Of a DNA stretch of 64,000 nucleotides, positions 30,701 through 40,856 are shown piece after piece (position 1 is the first letter of the stretch; the number at the start of each line of letters is the position of its first letter). The notes beneath the pieces were generated by a model. It ran no database searches. It saw only the letters and a list, made by a program, of their open reading frames with translations, and was not told the origin of the DNA. The translations under genes were made by a program, and so were the position numbers. Source of the DNA: a bacterium (GTDB lineage: Bacteria; Patescibacteriota; Minisyncoccia; Phycocordibacterales; UBA9973); assembly GCA_037130655.1 (NCBI GenBank), contig JBAXSP010000001.1, forward strand, positions 101,830 to 165,829, given 5' to 3'.

Positions 30701-32182
30701 ATGCGCAAAAAAAATAAGTTGTTCATTTTAATATTGATAGCTATTTTGTGCCTTTTTGTCATGAAGGTTTTTTGGCTTCAGAAAATAGAACAACGAGTTG
30801 TCGCAATGTATGCAAAAAACGTTGTTGCTATCAAAAAAGAATTTCATTTCAATCCAAAACCATATCCGCAAACCAACGGACTATATATGTTTCGTGGCAA
30901 CCCAACACGTTCAAGTTATGGCACCGGACCACTTCCAACCAATCCGACTATTGCATGGAAATATCCCAAAGAAGCAATGTGTCGAATGTCTGAAACATTA
31001 GGTGTAACCAAACAATGGTGTGGTGCTGGCTGGACTGGACAACCAGTTGTCGATGAACGAGCTGATGGTATCACCGAATTAATGTTCGGTGCATATGACG
31101 GAGCAGTTCACTTTGTGAACGCCGAAACGGGGACAGATCTACGCCCAAAATTCCAAACTGGTGATATCATCAAGGGCTCTATCGCAAAAGACCCAGACAA
31201 CTTCCCGCTTATTTATTTTGGTTCACGCGACAACAAGCTCCGTATTCTTGCACTCGACAGAGACACCCCAACCGAACTCTGGTCACTCAATGCAGATCAC
31301 AATAAAGGCTTATGGAATGATGACTGGGATGGTAATCCAGTGATTTTGAATGACCTCCTTTTTGAAGGTGGAGAAAATGGCTGGTTTTATATTATCAAAC
31401 TCAATCGTTCGTATGATGCAAACGGTAAAGCACAAGTCGATCCAAAATTCCTTGTGCAAATGCCAGGCTGGACTGATCAGCTTTTGAAAGATGCTGGTGA
31501 TATCGAAGTTAGTATTGAAAATTCTCCTGCACTTTATAAAGACCGTGTGTACTTTGCAAACTCTGCTGGGCGAATTGTTGGACTTGATATTTCTCGTGCA
31601 GAAGAAGGCCTTGCACCAATCGCCTTTGATTTTTGGACTGGCGATGATACCGACGCATCAATCGTAATAGATGAAGAAGGTATGCTCTATGTAGGTAGCG
31701 AAGAACAACGTCACAATGAGCGTGGACGAGAGATCGGACAAATTATGAAGCTTGATCCATATACCAAAGGCAATCCACTTGTATGGAGCATCAAACTTCC
31801 TGCAAGTGAACATCTCGAAGGTGGTGTATGGTCTACCATGGCAATCACCAGAGATTTAGCAAAGAACCTGGCATTCTCTGTGACCAATTCAGGATACCTT
31901 TTGACCATCGACCGACAAACAGGCGAAGTCTATTCAAAGACCTACATGGGTGAACATTCTTGGTCTTCACCAAATATCATTGATGGCAAATTAGTAGTAG
32001 CAAGTTGCAAAGGCAATCTAACTGCTTATGATTTCACTGATCCAAATAAACTCAAACAAATCTGGAACCTCGCAATTCCAAGCGGTTCTTGTATCGAAAC
32101 AACTCCCGCTATCTGGAAAGGAAATTTCTACTTTGGTGTACGTGATGGATTTTTTTATAAAATTGAAGATAAGAAAAAATAA
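30701..32182 (+). CDS. PQQ-like beta-propeller repeat protein, membrane anchored
   Basis: MFRGNPTRS, repeated FG(A/S)xDG/SSP blades; start likely 30701 since the 30668 ATG lies in the F1 element. Confidence 0.85.
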   Translation: MRKKNKLFILILIAILCLFVMKVFWLQKIEQRVVAMYAKNVVAIKKEFHFNPKPYPQTNGLYMFRGNPTRSSYGTGPLPTNPTIAWKYPKEAMCRMSETLGVTKQWCGAGWTGQPVVDERADGITELMFGAYDGAVHFVNAETGTDLRPKFQTGDIIKGSIAKDPDNFPLIYFGSRDNKLRILALDRDTPTELWSLNADHNKGLWNDDWDGNPVILNDLLFEGGENGWFYIIKLNRSYDANGKAQVDPKFLVQMPGWTDQLLKDAGDIEVSIENSPALYKDRVYFANSAGRIVGLDISRAEEGLAPIAFDFWTGDDTDASIVIDEEGMLYVGSEEQRHNERGREIGQIMKLDPYTKGNPLVWSIKLPASEHLEGGVWSTMAITRDLAKNLAFSVTNSGYLLTIDRQTGEVYSKTYMGEHSWSSPNIIDGKLVVASCKGNLTAYDFTDPNKLKQIWNLAIPSGSCIETTPAIWKGNFYFGVRDGFFYKIEDKKK

Positions 32183-32235
32183 TTAAAAAAAAACCGCATC
32201 ATTGCTGATGCGGTTTCCATAAAAAATAATTTAAA

Positions 32236-32709
32236 TTATTTTTTATGGTCATGTACTTCTACGCCAGAATAAGATTCTGCATTTCCTCCGTGTCCACCAT
32301 ATAGATAGAAAATCATAGGTCGCTGATTTCCAGAAGTATTACCTCCTGATCTCCTTTGAGAAAAGAAGAATCCCCAAATAAAACAAACTACACCAACAAA
32401 TCCTGCCAATAAAAACATAAACAGCTTTTGATGATCACTGAAACCGTCCGGATTTTGCATTGGGGCAACCGGTGGCAATTGCTGAATTGTTACTGGAACA
32501 GTAACTTCAGGATTTGTCACACGAACCGTTGGTGCCGGAGAATAATTCCTCACAATCACTTGAGGTTGTTGTGGTGCAGGTGCATAATACGAAGAAGGTG
32601 TTGGAAAATGTTGTTCTGTTTGTTGAGGTTGAACAGGAACAGAATTTTGTGCAAATGTAGGAGCAATCATTCCGAAAGCTACAACTACGATTAAAAGTGC
32701 TTTTTTCAT
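32236..32709 (-). CDS. Hypothetical Pro/Gln-rich protein with signal peptide and TM helix
   Basis: MKKALLIVVVAFGMIAPTFA signal; one C-terminal TM. Confidence 0.75.
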   Translation of the reverse strand: MKKALLIVVVAFGMIAPTFAQNSVPVQPQQTEQHFPTPSSYYAPAPQQPQVIVRNYSPAPTVRVTNPEVTVPVTIQQLPPVAPMQNPDGFSDHQKLFMFLLAGFVGVVCFIWGFFFSQRRSGGNTSGNQRPMIFYLYGGHGGNAESYSGVEVHDHKK

Positions 32710-32810
32710 TTAATGAATTTTTTATATTTTTTATTTAAATAACTTCTTACATATTATATACCATATTAAACTATATGTCAAGTACTTTTTCTCCTTATTT
32801 TACAAGCTCA

Positions 32811-32843
32811 AAAAGCGGCGAAACCAAGGGTTTCGCCGCTTTT
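32811..32843. terminator. Intrinsic terminator-like palindrome after smc
   Basis: aaaagcggcgaaacc-aag-ggtttcgccgctttt. Confidence 0.7.
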
Positions 32844-32912
32844 ATTATGTTTTTACTAGAGCCTGATAGCTAAAACCTTTGCGAAGCTGTCCCACAGCTT
32901 CGCACTATTTTA

Positions 32913-35156
32913 TTATTTAGCGTACTGCTCCGCCTCATCAAACTTCACACAAAGGAGTTTTGATCCCCCGTCAGCCCCCACAGTCACTCCGTAGAGCAAT
33001 CCTGCTCGAGACATCGTCTCACGATTGTGTGTCACCACAACAAGCTGTGTATGCTTCGACAATCGTTCAATCATATCTCCGTATCGGCGAGAGTTTGCTT
33101 CATCGAGCGCCGCATCTGTTTCGTCGAGTACGAGGAATGGTGGCGGTGTCACTTGTGACATTGCAAACAAGAGTGCGATTGAAGTCAGAGAGCGTTCTCC
33201 ACCTGAAAGCATTTGCAAATCTTTGACTTTCTTGTGTGGCAAGTTCACGTGTATTTCAACTCCTTGTTCAAAACGGAATTCTTGGTCTTCCATATCAGAT
33301 TTGACCGGTATGTCAGAATCTTCGTCTTCCTCTGTATTCTTGCTCGGCTTTTTGTGCTCCACAGAAATAGAAAGAAACGCCGATCCTCCACCAAACATCG
33401 CATCAAAGAATTCTTGGAAGCGTTGATTGATTTTTTCAACACCTTCTTTGAATTCCCTGTCGAGTGTTTCTCGTAAATCTGCAATCAATCGTGTCAGATG
33501 CAAAATACTTTCATCCAGATCTTGCAATTCTTTTGACAGGAATTGATCACGTGCAATTGTCTCATCATATTCTTTGAGTACATCGTTTCCACTGACAATC
33601 CCCGCTTCTTCCAAACGGATTTTCATTCGTTCAATTTTGCGTCGCAAACTTTCGTGCTCTTCTTCATTGATATCACCGGCAATTTCTTCGTAGTTCAAAA
33701 TATCGATACCAATCAACACACTTGCCTCTTTGCGTTCTTCTTCGAAAAGATGTTTTCGTTTTTCAAAATTTTGCTCTTCTAGTTGATGCAATTGTTCGCC
33801 AGCTTCGATTTCACTTTGTTGTTTAATTAATGCAAAGTACTCAGTATCATCAAATGGTTTTTCATTACGCTTTGTGGTGAGTATTTTTTCTAAATCTGAA
33901 ATACCGTTTTCAATGTGTGCACGATTTTCGATAAATCCTGCCAACTGTAGTGCGAGTTGTTCTTTTGACGTTTGATACTCATCGAGCTTTTCTTGTTTAT
34001 TTTCTGTATTTTTACCTGCCACCAATTCTGTTTCGATGAACTGATTTGCGGTAATTTTGATTTGCGCCAAATGCTCACGAAGTTTTTCATCAGATACATT
34101 CTCATCTGCGAGTGTACTTATTTTTTCAAACACTTCTTTGACACGGTCAGCGGCAATAGAGATTATTTTCTTATCTGCTGTGTCACTTTCAAGTAAAGCA
34201 ATCATTCCTTCAAGACGCCCAATCGCACGACTCGTCTCGTCGACAAGTGAAGCGATTTTTTGTAACTCCTGACGCTTTTCTCTAATCAATCCTTCTTCTT
34301 CGTATACAACTACTTGATTGCGAGTTGCTTGAATTTCTTGGATTCGTGTTTTGATTCGTTCCAATTCTTGATTGTGTGAAGCTACACTGTGTTTGTTTTT
34401 TTGAGAAAGCGAGTGGATCGCATATGATTCCTTGCCCAAATACTCTTTGTAAAAAACACGAAGTTCTGTCCGAAACTCTTCAGTCTTTGCAATCTTATCA
34501 ACCTGTTTTTTCAAGAAGTTGATATGTGGTGCAAGTTCGCGACGAATAGCCGAAACCTCTTTCATATTGGCACGAGTCTTTTCGAGCTTACGTTCACTTT
34601 CTTTGATTTTGTATTGATAGATTTTGAGCCCGAGCGCATCTTCGATCATCACGCGTCGTTCTTTGCTATTGGCAGACAAAATACGATCTGCTTCACCTTG
34701 CGAAATGATGTGGTGACCAGATGCACCGATATGAACTGATGCGAGCAGATCTACAATGTCTTTCAAACGAACATCAGTGCCGTTGATTGAGTATTTGTTA
34801 CTTCCATCACGAAAAACTTCACGAGTGATTGTCACTTCATCAAAGTCGAGTGAAATGTTCTTTTCTCCATCACCAGTAAACGTAAATAGTTTTTTCTTAT
34901 TATCAAATGTAATAGAGACAGAAGCACGAGCAAGTTGTGACAATTGTTTTGAGCCTTTGAAGATGAGGTCTGCTCCAGATTTCGAACGCATTGATTTGAT
35001 TGATTGTTCACCGAGCACGAATCGGAATGATTCAACCACGTTTGATTTTCCAGAACCATTCGGTCCAACAACTGCCACCACAGGCTTATCAAAAGAAAGC
35101 GTGTGCTTTTTGGCAAACGATTTGAACCCCGAAATTTCAATAGATTTGAGCACCAT
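32913..35156 (-). CDS. smc: Short SMC-family ATPase
   Basis: GFKSF, GPNGSGKSN, LSGGE, LDETDAALDEAN; only 747 aa; adjacent to rnc. Confidence 0.9.
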   Translation of the reverse strand: MVLKSIEISGFKSFAKKHTLSFDKPVVAVVGPNGSGKSNVVESFRFVLGEQSIKSMRSKSGADLIFKGSKQLSQLARASVSITFDNKKKLFTFTGDGEKNISLDFDEVTITREVFRDGSNKYSINGTDVRLKDIVDLLASVHIGASGHHIISQGEADRILSANSKERRVMIEDALGLKIYQYKIKESERKLEKTRANMKEVSAIRRELAPHINFLKKQVDKIAKTEEFRTELRVFYKEYLGKESYAIHSLSQKNKHSVASHNQELERIKTRIQEIQATRNQVVVYEEEGLIREKRQELQKIASLVDETSRAIGRLEGMIALLESDTADKKIISIAADRVKEVFEKISTLADENVSDEKLREHLAQIKITANQFIETELVAGKNTENKQEKLDEYQTSKEQLALQLAGFIENRAHIENGISDLEKILTTKRNEKPFDDTEYFALIKQQSEIEAGEQLHQLEEQNFEKRKHLFEEERKEASVLIGIDILNYEEIAGDINEEEHESLRRKIERMKIRLEEAGIVSGNDVLKEYDETIARDQFLSKELQDLDESILHLTRLIADLRETLDREFKEGVEKINQRFQEFFDAMFGGGSAFLSISVEHKKPSKNTEEDEDSDIPVKSDMEDQEFRFEQGVEIHVNLPHKKVKDLQMLSGGERSLTSIALLFAMSQVTPPPFLVLDETDAALDEANSRRYGDMIERLSKHTQLVVVTHNRETMSRAGLLYGVTVGADGGSKLLCVKFDEAEQYAK

Positions 35157-35211
35157 ATATGATAAAAGTATAGCAAAAATTTTAGTAAGTAGTTAGTAGA
35201 AAATATATTTT

Positions 35212-35303
35212 AATGACCAATGACTAATGACCAGTACTTTCGAAAAGAACGAAGACAATGTCTTCGTTCTTTATTAGTCATTCGTCATTAGTAATTAGTC
35301 ATT
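35212..35303. repeat. Inverted heptamer arrays flanking a palindrome
   Basis: AATGACC AATGACT AATGACC / aaagaacgaagac-aat-gtcttcgttcttt / AGTCATT-type x4. Confidence 0.9.
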
Positions 35304-35305
35304 AC

Positions 35306-36001
35306 TTAGTCGTTCCACTCTTTGACTACCAGCGCATTAGTCGCCGCAGCCTGTTCAGCTTCTTGTTTTGACTTCCCTTTTCCGCGAGCAATTTCTTCCT
35401 CTCCGAAGAATATCGCAATCGTAAAATGTTTGTCATGGTCTGGGCCGTTTTCAGAAATTACTTTATAGAGTGGTGTCGTTTTGTAAATCTCCTGAGCTTT
35501 TTCTTGCACCAAAGATTTTGCATCACGCCACAATTTCTTGCTAACGATTTCATCAAGTCTCGGCATCAAAGTGTCTTCGACAAATTTCTTTGCTGTATCA
35601 TATCCTTGATCCAAATACACAGCACCCAAAAATGCTTCGTAGGTATTCGCCAAAATATATGAACGAGCCTTGCCAGTATCTTTTGATTCACCTTTTGAGA
35701 GGAGCAAGTATTCGTTCATTCCGATTTCACTCGCAACTTCAGAAATAATAATTGCGTTCACGAGCGCTGAACGATATGCAGTCAATTCTCCTTCATTGTT
35801 TCCTGGATATGCTTTGTAGAGGAAATCAGTTGTGATCAGTTCAAGTACCGCATCACCCAAAAATTCCAAACGTTCATTGTGACCATTTTTAGTACCACCA
35901 TTTTCATTGATATATGAACGGTGAGTAAAAGATTGTGCAAGGAGCGATTTATCAGAGAATACAATCCCTGTTTTATTTTCAAATTCTGTAAAATTTATCA
36001 T
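35306..36001 (-). CDS. rnc: Ribonuclease III
   Basis: HNERLEFLGDAVL; dsRBD GPDHDKHF. Confidence 0.98.
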   Translation of the reverse strand: MINFTEFENKTGIVFSDKSLLAQSFTHRSYINENGGTKNGHNERLEFLGDAVLELITTDFLYKAYPGNNEGELTAYRSALVNAIIISEVASEIGMNEYLLLSKGESKDTGKARSYILANTYEAFLGAVYLDQGYDTAKKFVEDTLMPRLDEIVSKKLWRDAKSLVQEKAQEIYKTTPLYKVISENGPDHDKHFTIAIFFGEEEIARGKGKSKQEAEQAAATNALVVKEWND

Positions 36002-36058
36002 TTAATTATTTTATAGAGAAATATGATTCGTGCATCAAAATAATTTAATACGCGATTC

Positions 36059-36961
36059 TTAGTTCTCAAGCTTACTTACAATTTCGACTGCCTTTGTTAC
36101 CAACGGCACAATATCATCATACATGCGAAGATCCGCAATCTCATCTGGGGTGAACCATTTTGCATCATCAAGTCCGCCTGATTGTTCCAGTGTGAGTTCA
36201 ACATAATCAGCTTCAGCCAAGAAATATGAGACTTGCTTGCGTATCTTACCTTTTTCTGGATGAGATGCAAGGTATTCATTTTCACCCAATGTTTGTATCA
36301 CTCGGATATCAACACCAATTTCTTCTTTGAGTTCACGAATCACTGCATCTTCTGATGTCTCACCTTCTTCAACAGTTCCTTTTGAAAGCGTCCAATAACC
36401 GAAGACATCATGAACAAATGCAAATGATACACCTGCTTCGTGACGAGCAAACACTACCGCACCAGCCTTTCGTTCGATTGGAAGTTTTTCAAAATCAATC
36501 GGTTCAGTTGGTTTTTTCTTTTTAGAAATTTGATCTTTACCTGGCTCACCAAGTTCTTTGTAGACCGCACCGAGCACCCCATTGATAAAGCGACTAGAGT
36601 TGTCTCCGCCAAAACTCTTGGCAAGTTCGATTGCTTCATTGATAGCAACTTTTGGTGGTACTTCGTCTCGATTACCAAACAAAAGCTCAAATAAGCCGAC
36701 ACGCAGAATATTGCGATCAGCTACAGCAATCTTTTCGACTGGCCATTCAGGAGCAGCTTTGGTAATGATATCGTCGATAATAACTTGTTTTTTGACGACA
36801 CCATCAACAAGCAATTCGAGGAATTCAACTTCTTCCATTCCAGGACCAAATTCCGCAATATTGCGTTTCAAAATATCTAGTGCATTAGTAGTCTTCCCAT
36901 TAAAATCCCATTCAAAAAGTGTTTGGAGAACGATTGAGCGAGCGAGATGTCTATTTGCCAT
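36059..36961 (-). CDS. nusB: NusB fused to C-terminal NUDIX hydrolase
   Basis: VAINEAIELAKSFGG..FINGVL; KGTVEEGETSEDAVIRELKEEIG Nudix box. Confidence 0.93.
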   Translation of the reverse strand: MANRHLARSIVLQTLFEWDFNGKTTNALDILKRNIAEFGPGMEEVEFLELLVDGVVKKQVIIDDIITKAAPEWPVEKIAVADRNILRVGLFELLFGNRDEVPPKVAINEAIELAKSFGGDNSSRFINGVLGAVYKELGEPGKDQISKKKKPTEPIDFEKLPIERKAGAVVFARHEAGVSFAFVHDVFGYWTLSKGTVEEGETSEDAVIRELKEEIGVDIRVIQTLGENEYLASHPEKGKIRKQVSYFLAEADYVELTLEQSGGLDDAKWFTPDEIADLRMYDDIVPLVTKAVEIVSKLEN

Positions 36962-36996
36962 ATTTTTATAAAGAACTAAATTAATGATTTGATAAA

Positions 36997-37200
36997 TTAT
37001 TTTTTACCAGCTTTCTTTTCAACTTTTTTCACAACATCGATAACTTTTCGTCCGCGATATTGACCAGTTGTAAGAGATGCTCGGTGGCGCAAGTGAACAG
37101 CACCGGTCTTTGCATCGGTAGTAATAGGAGCTCCATTTAGTGCATGGTGACTACGTCGGTTTGCACTGTGGGCACGTGTATGTCTCATTCGTACTGTCAT
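36997..37200 (-). CDS. rpmF: 50S ribosomal protein L32
   Basis: RRSHHAL..HLRHRA..GQYRGRKV (Cys-free form). Confidence 0.92.
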   Translation of the reverse strand: MTVRMRHTRAHSANRRSHHALNGAPITTDAKTGAVHLRHRASLTTGQYRGRKVIDVVKKVEKKAGKK

Positions 37201-37280
37201 ATGTCAAACAATATAGCAGAAATGGAAAAATAAGTAAAGAAAAAAGCCGGAATAAGATTCCGGCTTTTGTGAGCACTGCT

Positions 37281-38033
37281 TTACAGGAGCCCCACTAAAT
37301 TTTGATACGTAAAAACCAATCTCTTTGAAAATTCTTGATCTTCATAAGAATCTATTTTTTTCAAAAGATCCTCAATTCCAGAAATCACCGTTTCTAAATG
37401 TTTAAAAAAGATTAATGATTTAGGTCCCCTCTTAAGATTTAACTTAACTTCAACGTCAGCCAAATCAAGAGATAACCAAAATCCATTTCCTGTTTCTGGA
37501 TCATTTGGATTTCTGAAATCTGGGAAAAAGGCAATTTCACCCTCAAAATCGAAAGTAATGTACCGGTGAACTAAGTGCTTCTTGTACAAATGCTGCTTTG
37601 CTGGATCAGCATCTCGCTCTTCAGGTTTTCCATTGTCTTGCTTTCTGTAAACCTCAATAAGATTAAAAACTCTTATTTTGAATTCTTCATCAACTTCTCT
37701 GACAGCAGTGTCTTCAGGCTTCTCTCCGGTTGGTTTCTTTTTTTTCTGGGTTTTATCCCTTTCTTTATTTGCTTGTGAATTATAGGGCAACAGGCCTATA
37801 TACCACTTAGTGCCTATTTTCCGAAGAATACAGACTTGGGAAGAGTAGTCTCCTTGAAGACTCGTGCCTGCCGGAAGACGGATTTGGTCATATCCGAAAC
37901 TTACAGCTTTTTCAATTAAAGAGAAAAGTTCTTCTTTTGTTGAAATAATGATTTCTTTTGATGTTTGCTTATTAGCAGAGACATCTGATGTTTGCTTATT
38001 AGCAGGGACACCATCACCTTTTTGTTGTGTCAT
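37281..38033 (-). CDS. NUDIX-like hypothetical protein
   Basis: GEKPEDTAVREVDEEF Nudix-box-like segment; N-terminal 9-aa duplication. Confidence 0.65.
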   Translation of the reverse strand: MTQQKGDGVPANKQTSDVSANKQTSKEIIISTKEELFSLIEKAVSFGYDQIRLPAGTSLQGDYSSQVCILRKIGTKWYIGLLPYNSQANKERDKTQKKKKPTGEKPEDTAVREVDEEFKIRVFNLIEVYRKQDNGKPEERDADPAKQHLYKKHLVHRYITFDFEGEIAFFPDFRNPNDPETGNGFWLSLDLADVEVKLNLKRGPKSLIFFKHLETVISGIEDLLKKIDSYEDQEFSKRLVFTYQNLVGLL

Positions 38034-38127
38034 ATTTTTTTGTATGTTTTATGTACGTTCGACTTCAATTATACTCTATATATAAGTTTTGTCAAGTAAA
38101 AAACCTCTGCCATTGTGTGGCAGAGGT

Positions 38128-38627
38128 TTATTGCTTGATACGTTCTTTTATTTTCCAAAGGATCCATTTCTGGTCTTCCGTAAGGATTTTACTAAGTTTT
38201 TCTAATGGAAAAAGGAAGGGTTCTCCCTTGTTAGGATCTGAGAAATTTTTTGTAAATTCTCCAAAATATGAATTAACGATATATACATAATGTCGTTGTT
38301 TTTTGTTTTGCGACATGATTGTATTCATAACTAATTGTTCAAGATCATCTGAACTAGCAGTAACACCGACATCATTAAACAAAGCACGCAGAGCTGTTTC
38401 TTTTTGTGATTCAACAATTTTTTCGTCAAGAAAATCATTTCCGATTATCTTGTCTTTGTTACAAGGGAGAACTAGTATATATAGTTTTTTCTTTCCTTTT
38501 TCTGCATTAAAAAGAACAACATATGAACAGTACTTTGAATCTTGCGATTCACTGTTCGGTAATACAATATCTGAAAATCCATGAGTCTCCAAATATTGCT
38601 CAACTTCGGAGATTGTATTCATGAATT
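38128..38627 (-). CDS. Degenerate NUDIX-like hypothetical protein
   Basis: ESQKETALRALFNDVG; layout resembles the neighbouring ORF; start uncertain. Confidence 0.55.
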
Positions 38628-38728
38628 TCATGATAGTAGTAACTATTAAGTCCTTGTAAAGTTTACTTATTTTGGTCAATTTTGTCAATAGCTGTAAAAA
38701 GCCTTCAAAATGGTATATTTATCAGTAT

Positions 38729-40474
38729 ATGCAACATGAAGAATTACAACATCTCCGTCACTCACTCGCCCACTTGCTTGGGGCAGCAGTTTTGGAATTG
38801 TATCCTGGTTCAAAATTAACACTTGGTCCAGCAATCGACAATGGCTTCTACTATGACGTCGATATTACCGGAAAAATCAGTGAAGATGATTTGGTCAAAA
38901 TCGAAGCAAAGATGCAAGAACTGATTACATCTTGGAGTACCTTTAGTAAACAAGCGGTTGACGCATCTACTGCCCAACAAACATTTGAAGGCAATCAATA
39001 CAAACACGAACTCATTGGTGAAATCGTCGAAAAAGGCGAAGAAATTTCTTTGTACACTTCTGGTAATTTCACTGATCTTTGTCGTGGTGGACACATTGAA
39101 AATATGCAAGACATCAAACCTGGTTCTTGGAAATTGGACCGTGTTGCTGGTGCCTACTGGAGAGGAAATGAAAAAAACAAAATGCTGACTCGTATCTATG
39201 GACTCGCATTTGAAACAAAAGAAGCACTTGATGCCTATGTAACACAACAAACAGAAGCCGAAAAACGTGATCACCGAAAACTTGCAAAAGAACTGTCATT
39301 GTTTACTATCTCAGACCTTGTTGGCTCAGGACTTCCACTCTGGCAACCAAAAGGAACCATTCTTCGACAAGAGCTCACCAATTTCCTTTGGGATCTTCAT
39401 AAACACAATGGATACAATTGGGTCACCACTCCTCACATCGCAAAAGAAGCACTGTACGAAACTTCTGGTCACGCTGGGCACTATATGGAAGATATGTTTT
39501 CTGTTCACGGAGGAACAAGTAAAGAAAACTTTTTCTTGAAACCAATGAATTGTCCGCATCACATGCAAATATTCAGTTCTTCACCATGGAGTTACCGTGA
39601 TATGCCTGTTCGTTATTTTGAACCAGCAACAGTGTACCGAGATGAAAAAACGGGGCAACTTTCAGGACTTACTCGTGTACGTTCTATCACACAAGATGAT
39701 GGACACCTCTTTTGTCGCGTCAATCAAATCCATGATGAAGTAGCGACGATTGTTGATATCATCAAACAATTCTATACAACATTCGGAATGATTGAAGGAT
39801 ATCGTGTACGTCTTTCACTTCGTGAAATTGGTAGTGACAAATATCTTGGTAGTGACGAAGTTTGGGAAAAAGCAGAAAAAGCATTAACAGCGGTTTGTGA
39901 AGATCACGGGCTTCCATATTTTGAAGGACCAGGAGAAGCTGCTTTTTATGGACCGAAACTCGACTTTATGTTCAAGGACGCTATTGGACGTGAACACCAA
40001 CTCGCAACAGTTCAACTTGATTTCAACCTACCAGAACGATTTGATTTGTCATTCACCAACGAAGAAGGAAAGGCAGAACGTCCAGTAGTTATTCACCGTG
40101 CAATCAGTGGATCACTCGAACGTTTCCTTGGAGTTGCAATAGAACACTTTGCTGGAGCCTTCCCTGTTTGGATGTCACCAGTACAAGTTTCAGTACTTCC
40201 TGTTTCAGAAGAACATCATGGAACATACGCAAAAGAATTATTCAAAAAACTTCAACAAGAAGATATTCGAGTTGAATTACTCACAGAAGACAGTCTTGGT
40301 AAAAGAATTCGTCACTCAAAAACTCAAAAAGTACCGTACCAAATCGTCATCGGTGACAAAGAAAAAGATTCTGGTAACCTAACTATTGAAGGACGTGGAG
40401 ATAAGATGGAAATGAGTATTGATGATTTTGTAGAAAAAATTTCAAACGAAATTAAAAACAGAACGCTCAACTAA
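38729..40474 (+). CDS. thrS: Threonine-tRNA ligase (lacks TGS domain)
   Basis: RHSLAH, DLCRGGH, KPMNCP, HRAISGSLERF; start ATG 38729. Confidence 0.98.
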   Translation: MQHEELQHLRHSLAHLLGAAVLELYPGSKLTLGPAIDNGFYYDVDITGKISEDDLVKIEAKMQELITSWSTFSKQAVDASTAQQTFEGNQYKHELIGEIVEKGEEISLYTSGNFTDLCRGGHIENMQDIKPGSWKLDRVAGAYWRGNEKNKMLTRIYGLAFETKEALDAYVTQQTEAEKRDHRKLAKELSLFTISDLVGSGLPLWQPKGTILRQELTNFLWDLHKHNGYNWVTTPHIAKEALYETSGHAGHYMEDMFSVHGGTSKENFFLKPMNCPHHMQIFSSSPWSYRDMPVRYFEPATVYRDEKTGQLSGLTRVRSITQDDGHLFCRVNQIHDEVATIVDIIKQFYTTFGMIEGYRVRLSLREIGSDKYLGSDEVWEKAEKALTAVCEDHGLPYFEGPGEAAFYGPKLDFMFKDAIGREHQLATVQLDFNLPERFDLSFTNEEGKAERPVVIHRAISGSLERFLGVAIEHFAGAFPVWMSPVQVSVLPVSEEHHGTYAKELFKKLQQEDIRVELLTEDSLGKRIRHSKTQKVPYQIVIGDKEKDSGNLTIEGRGDKMEMSIDDFVEKISNEIKNRTLN

Positions 40475-40512
40475 TGCTATAATCGAACTATTATTCTTAG
40501 CCACTAAAAAAT

Positions 40513-40707
40513 ATGGAAAACAACAATTTGTACAACATGATGCACCAATTGACTCAAGAACAAAAGTCACTATGGCGTCTCTCAAATCAATATCAAACTG
40601 ATGCTTCAGGAAATCCAGAACTAGTAACATTCTGGGCGAACCTCGCAAAAGAAAAAGAGCGTCATATTGCAGATCTAAAAGAAATGATTAAAGCTGAACT
40701 AAAATAA
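40513..40707 (+). CDS. Small ferritin-like helical protein
   Basis: 64 aa, ExxH-like KERHIADL, two predicted helices. Confidence 0.7.
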   Translation: MENNNLYNMMHQLTQEQKSLWRLSNQYQTDASGNPELVTFWANLAKEKERHIADLKEMIKAELK

Positions 40708-40819
40708 TGACCAGTTACTAATGACCAATGGCTAATATTCAAAAAGAGCGAAACCCTTCGGGTTCCGCTCTTTTTATTCTGTATTTTTACTAGTCATTAG
40801 TCATTGGTAATTAGTCATT
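40706..40819. repeat. Inverted heptamer arrays flanking a palindrome
   Basis: AATGACC AGTTACT AATGACC AATGGCT / hairpin 40741-40775 / AGTCATT AGTCATT GGTAATT AGTCATT. Confidence 0.9.
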
Positions 40820-40825
40820 GCATTG

Positions 40826-40853
40826 TTGCATTTATTTGGCAAAGTGCTATATT
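40826..40853 (+). promoter_or_regulatory. sigma70 promoter upstream of ORF-less unit
   Basis: TTGCAT-16 nt-TATATT with TGn extension. Confidence 0.55.
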
Positions 40854-40856
40854 CCT

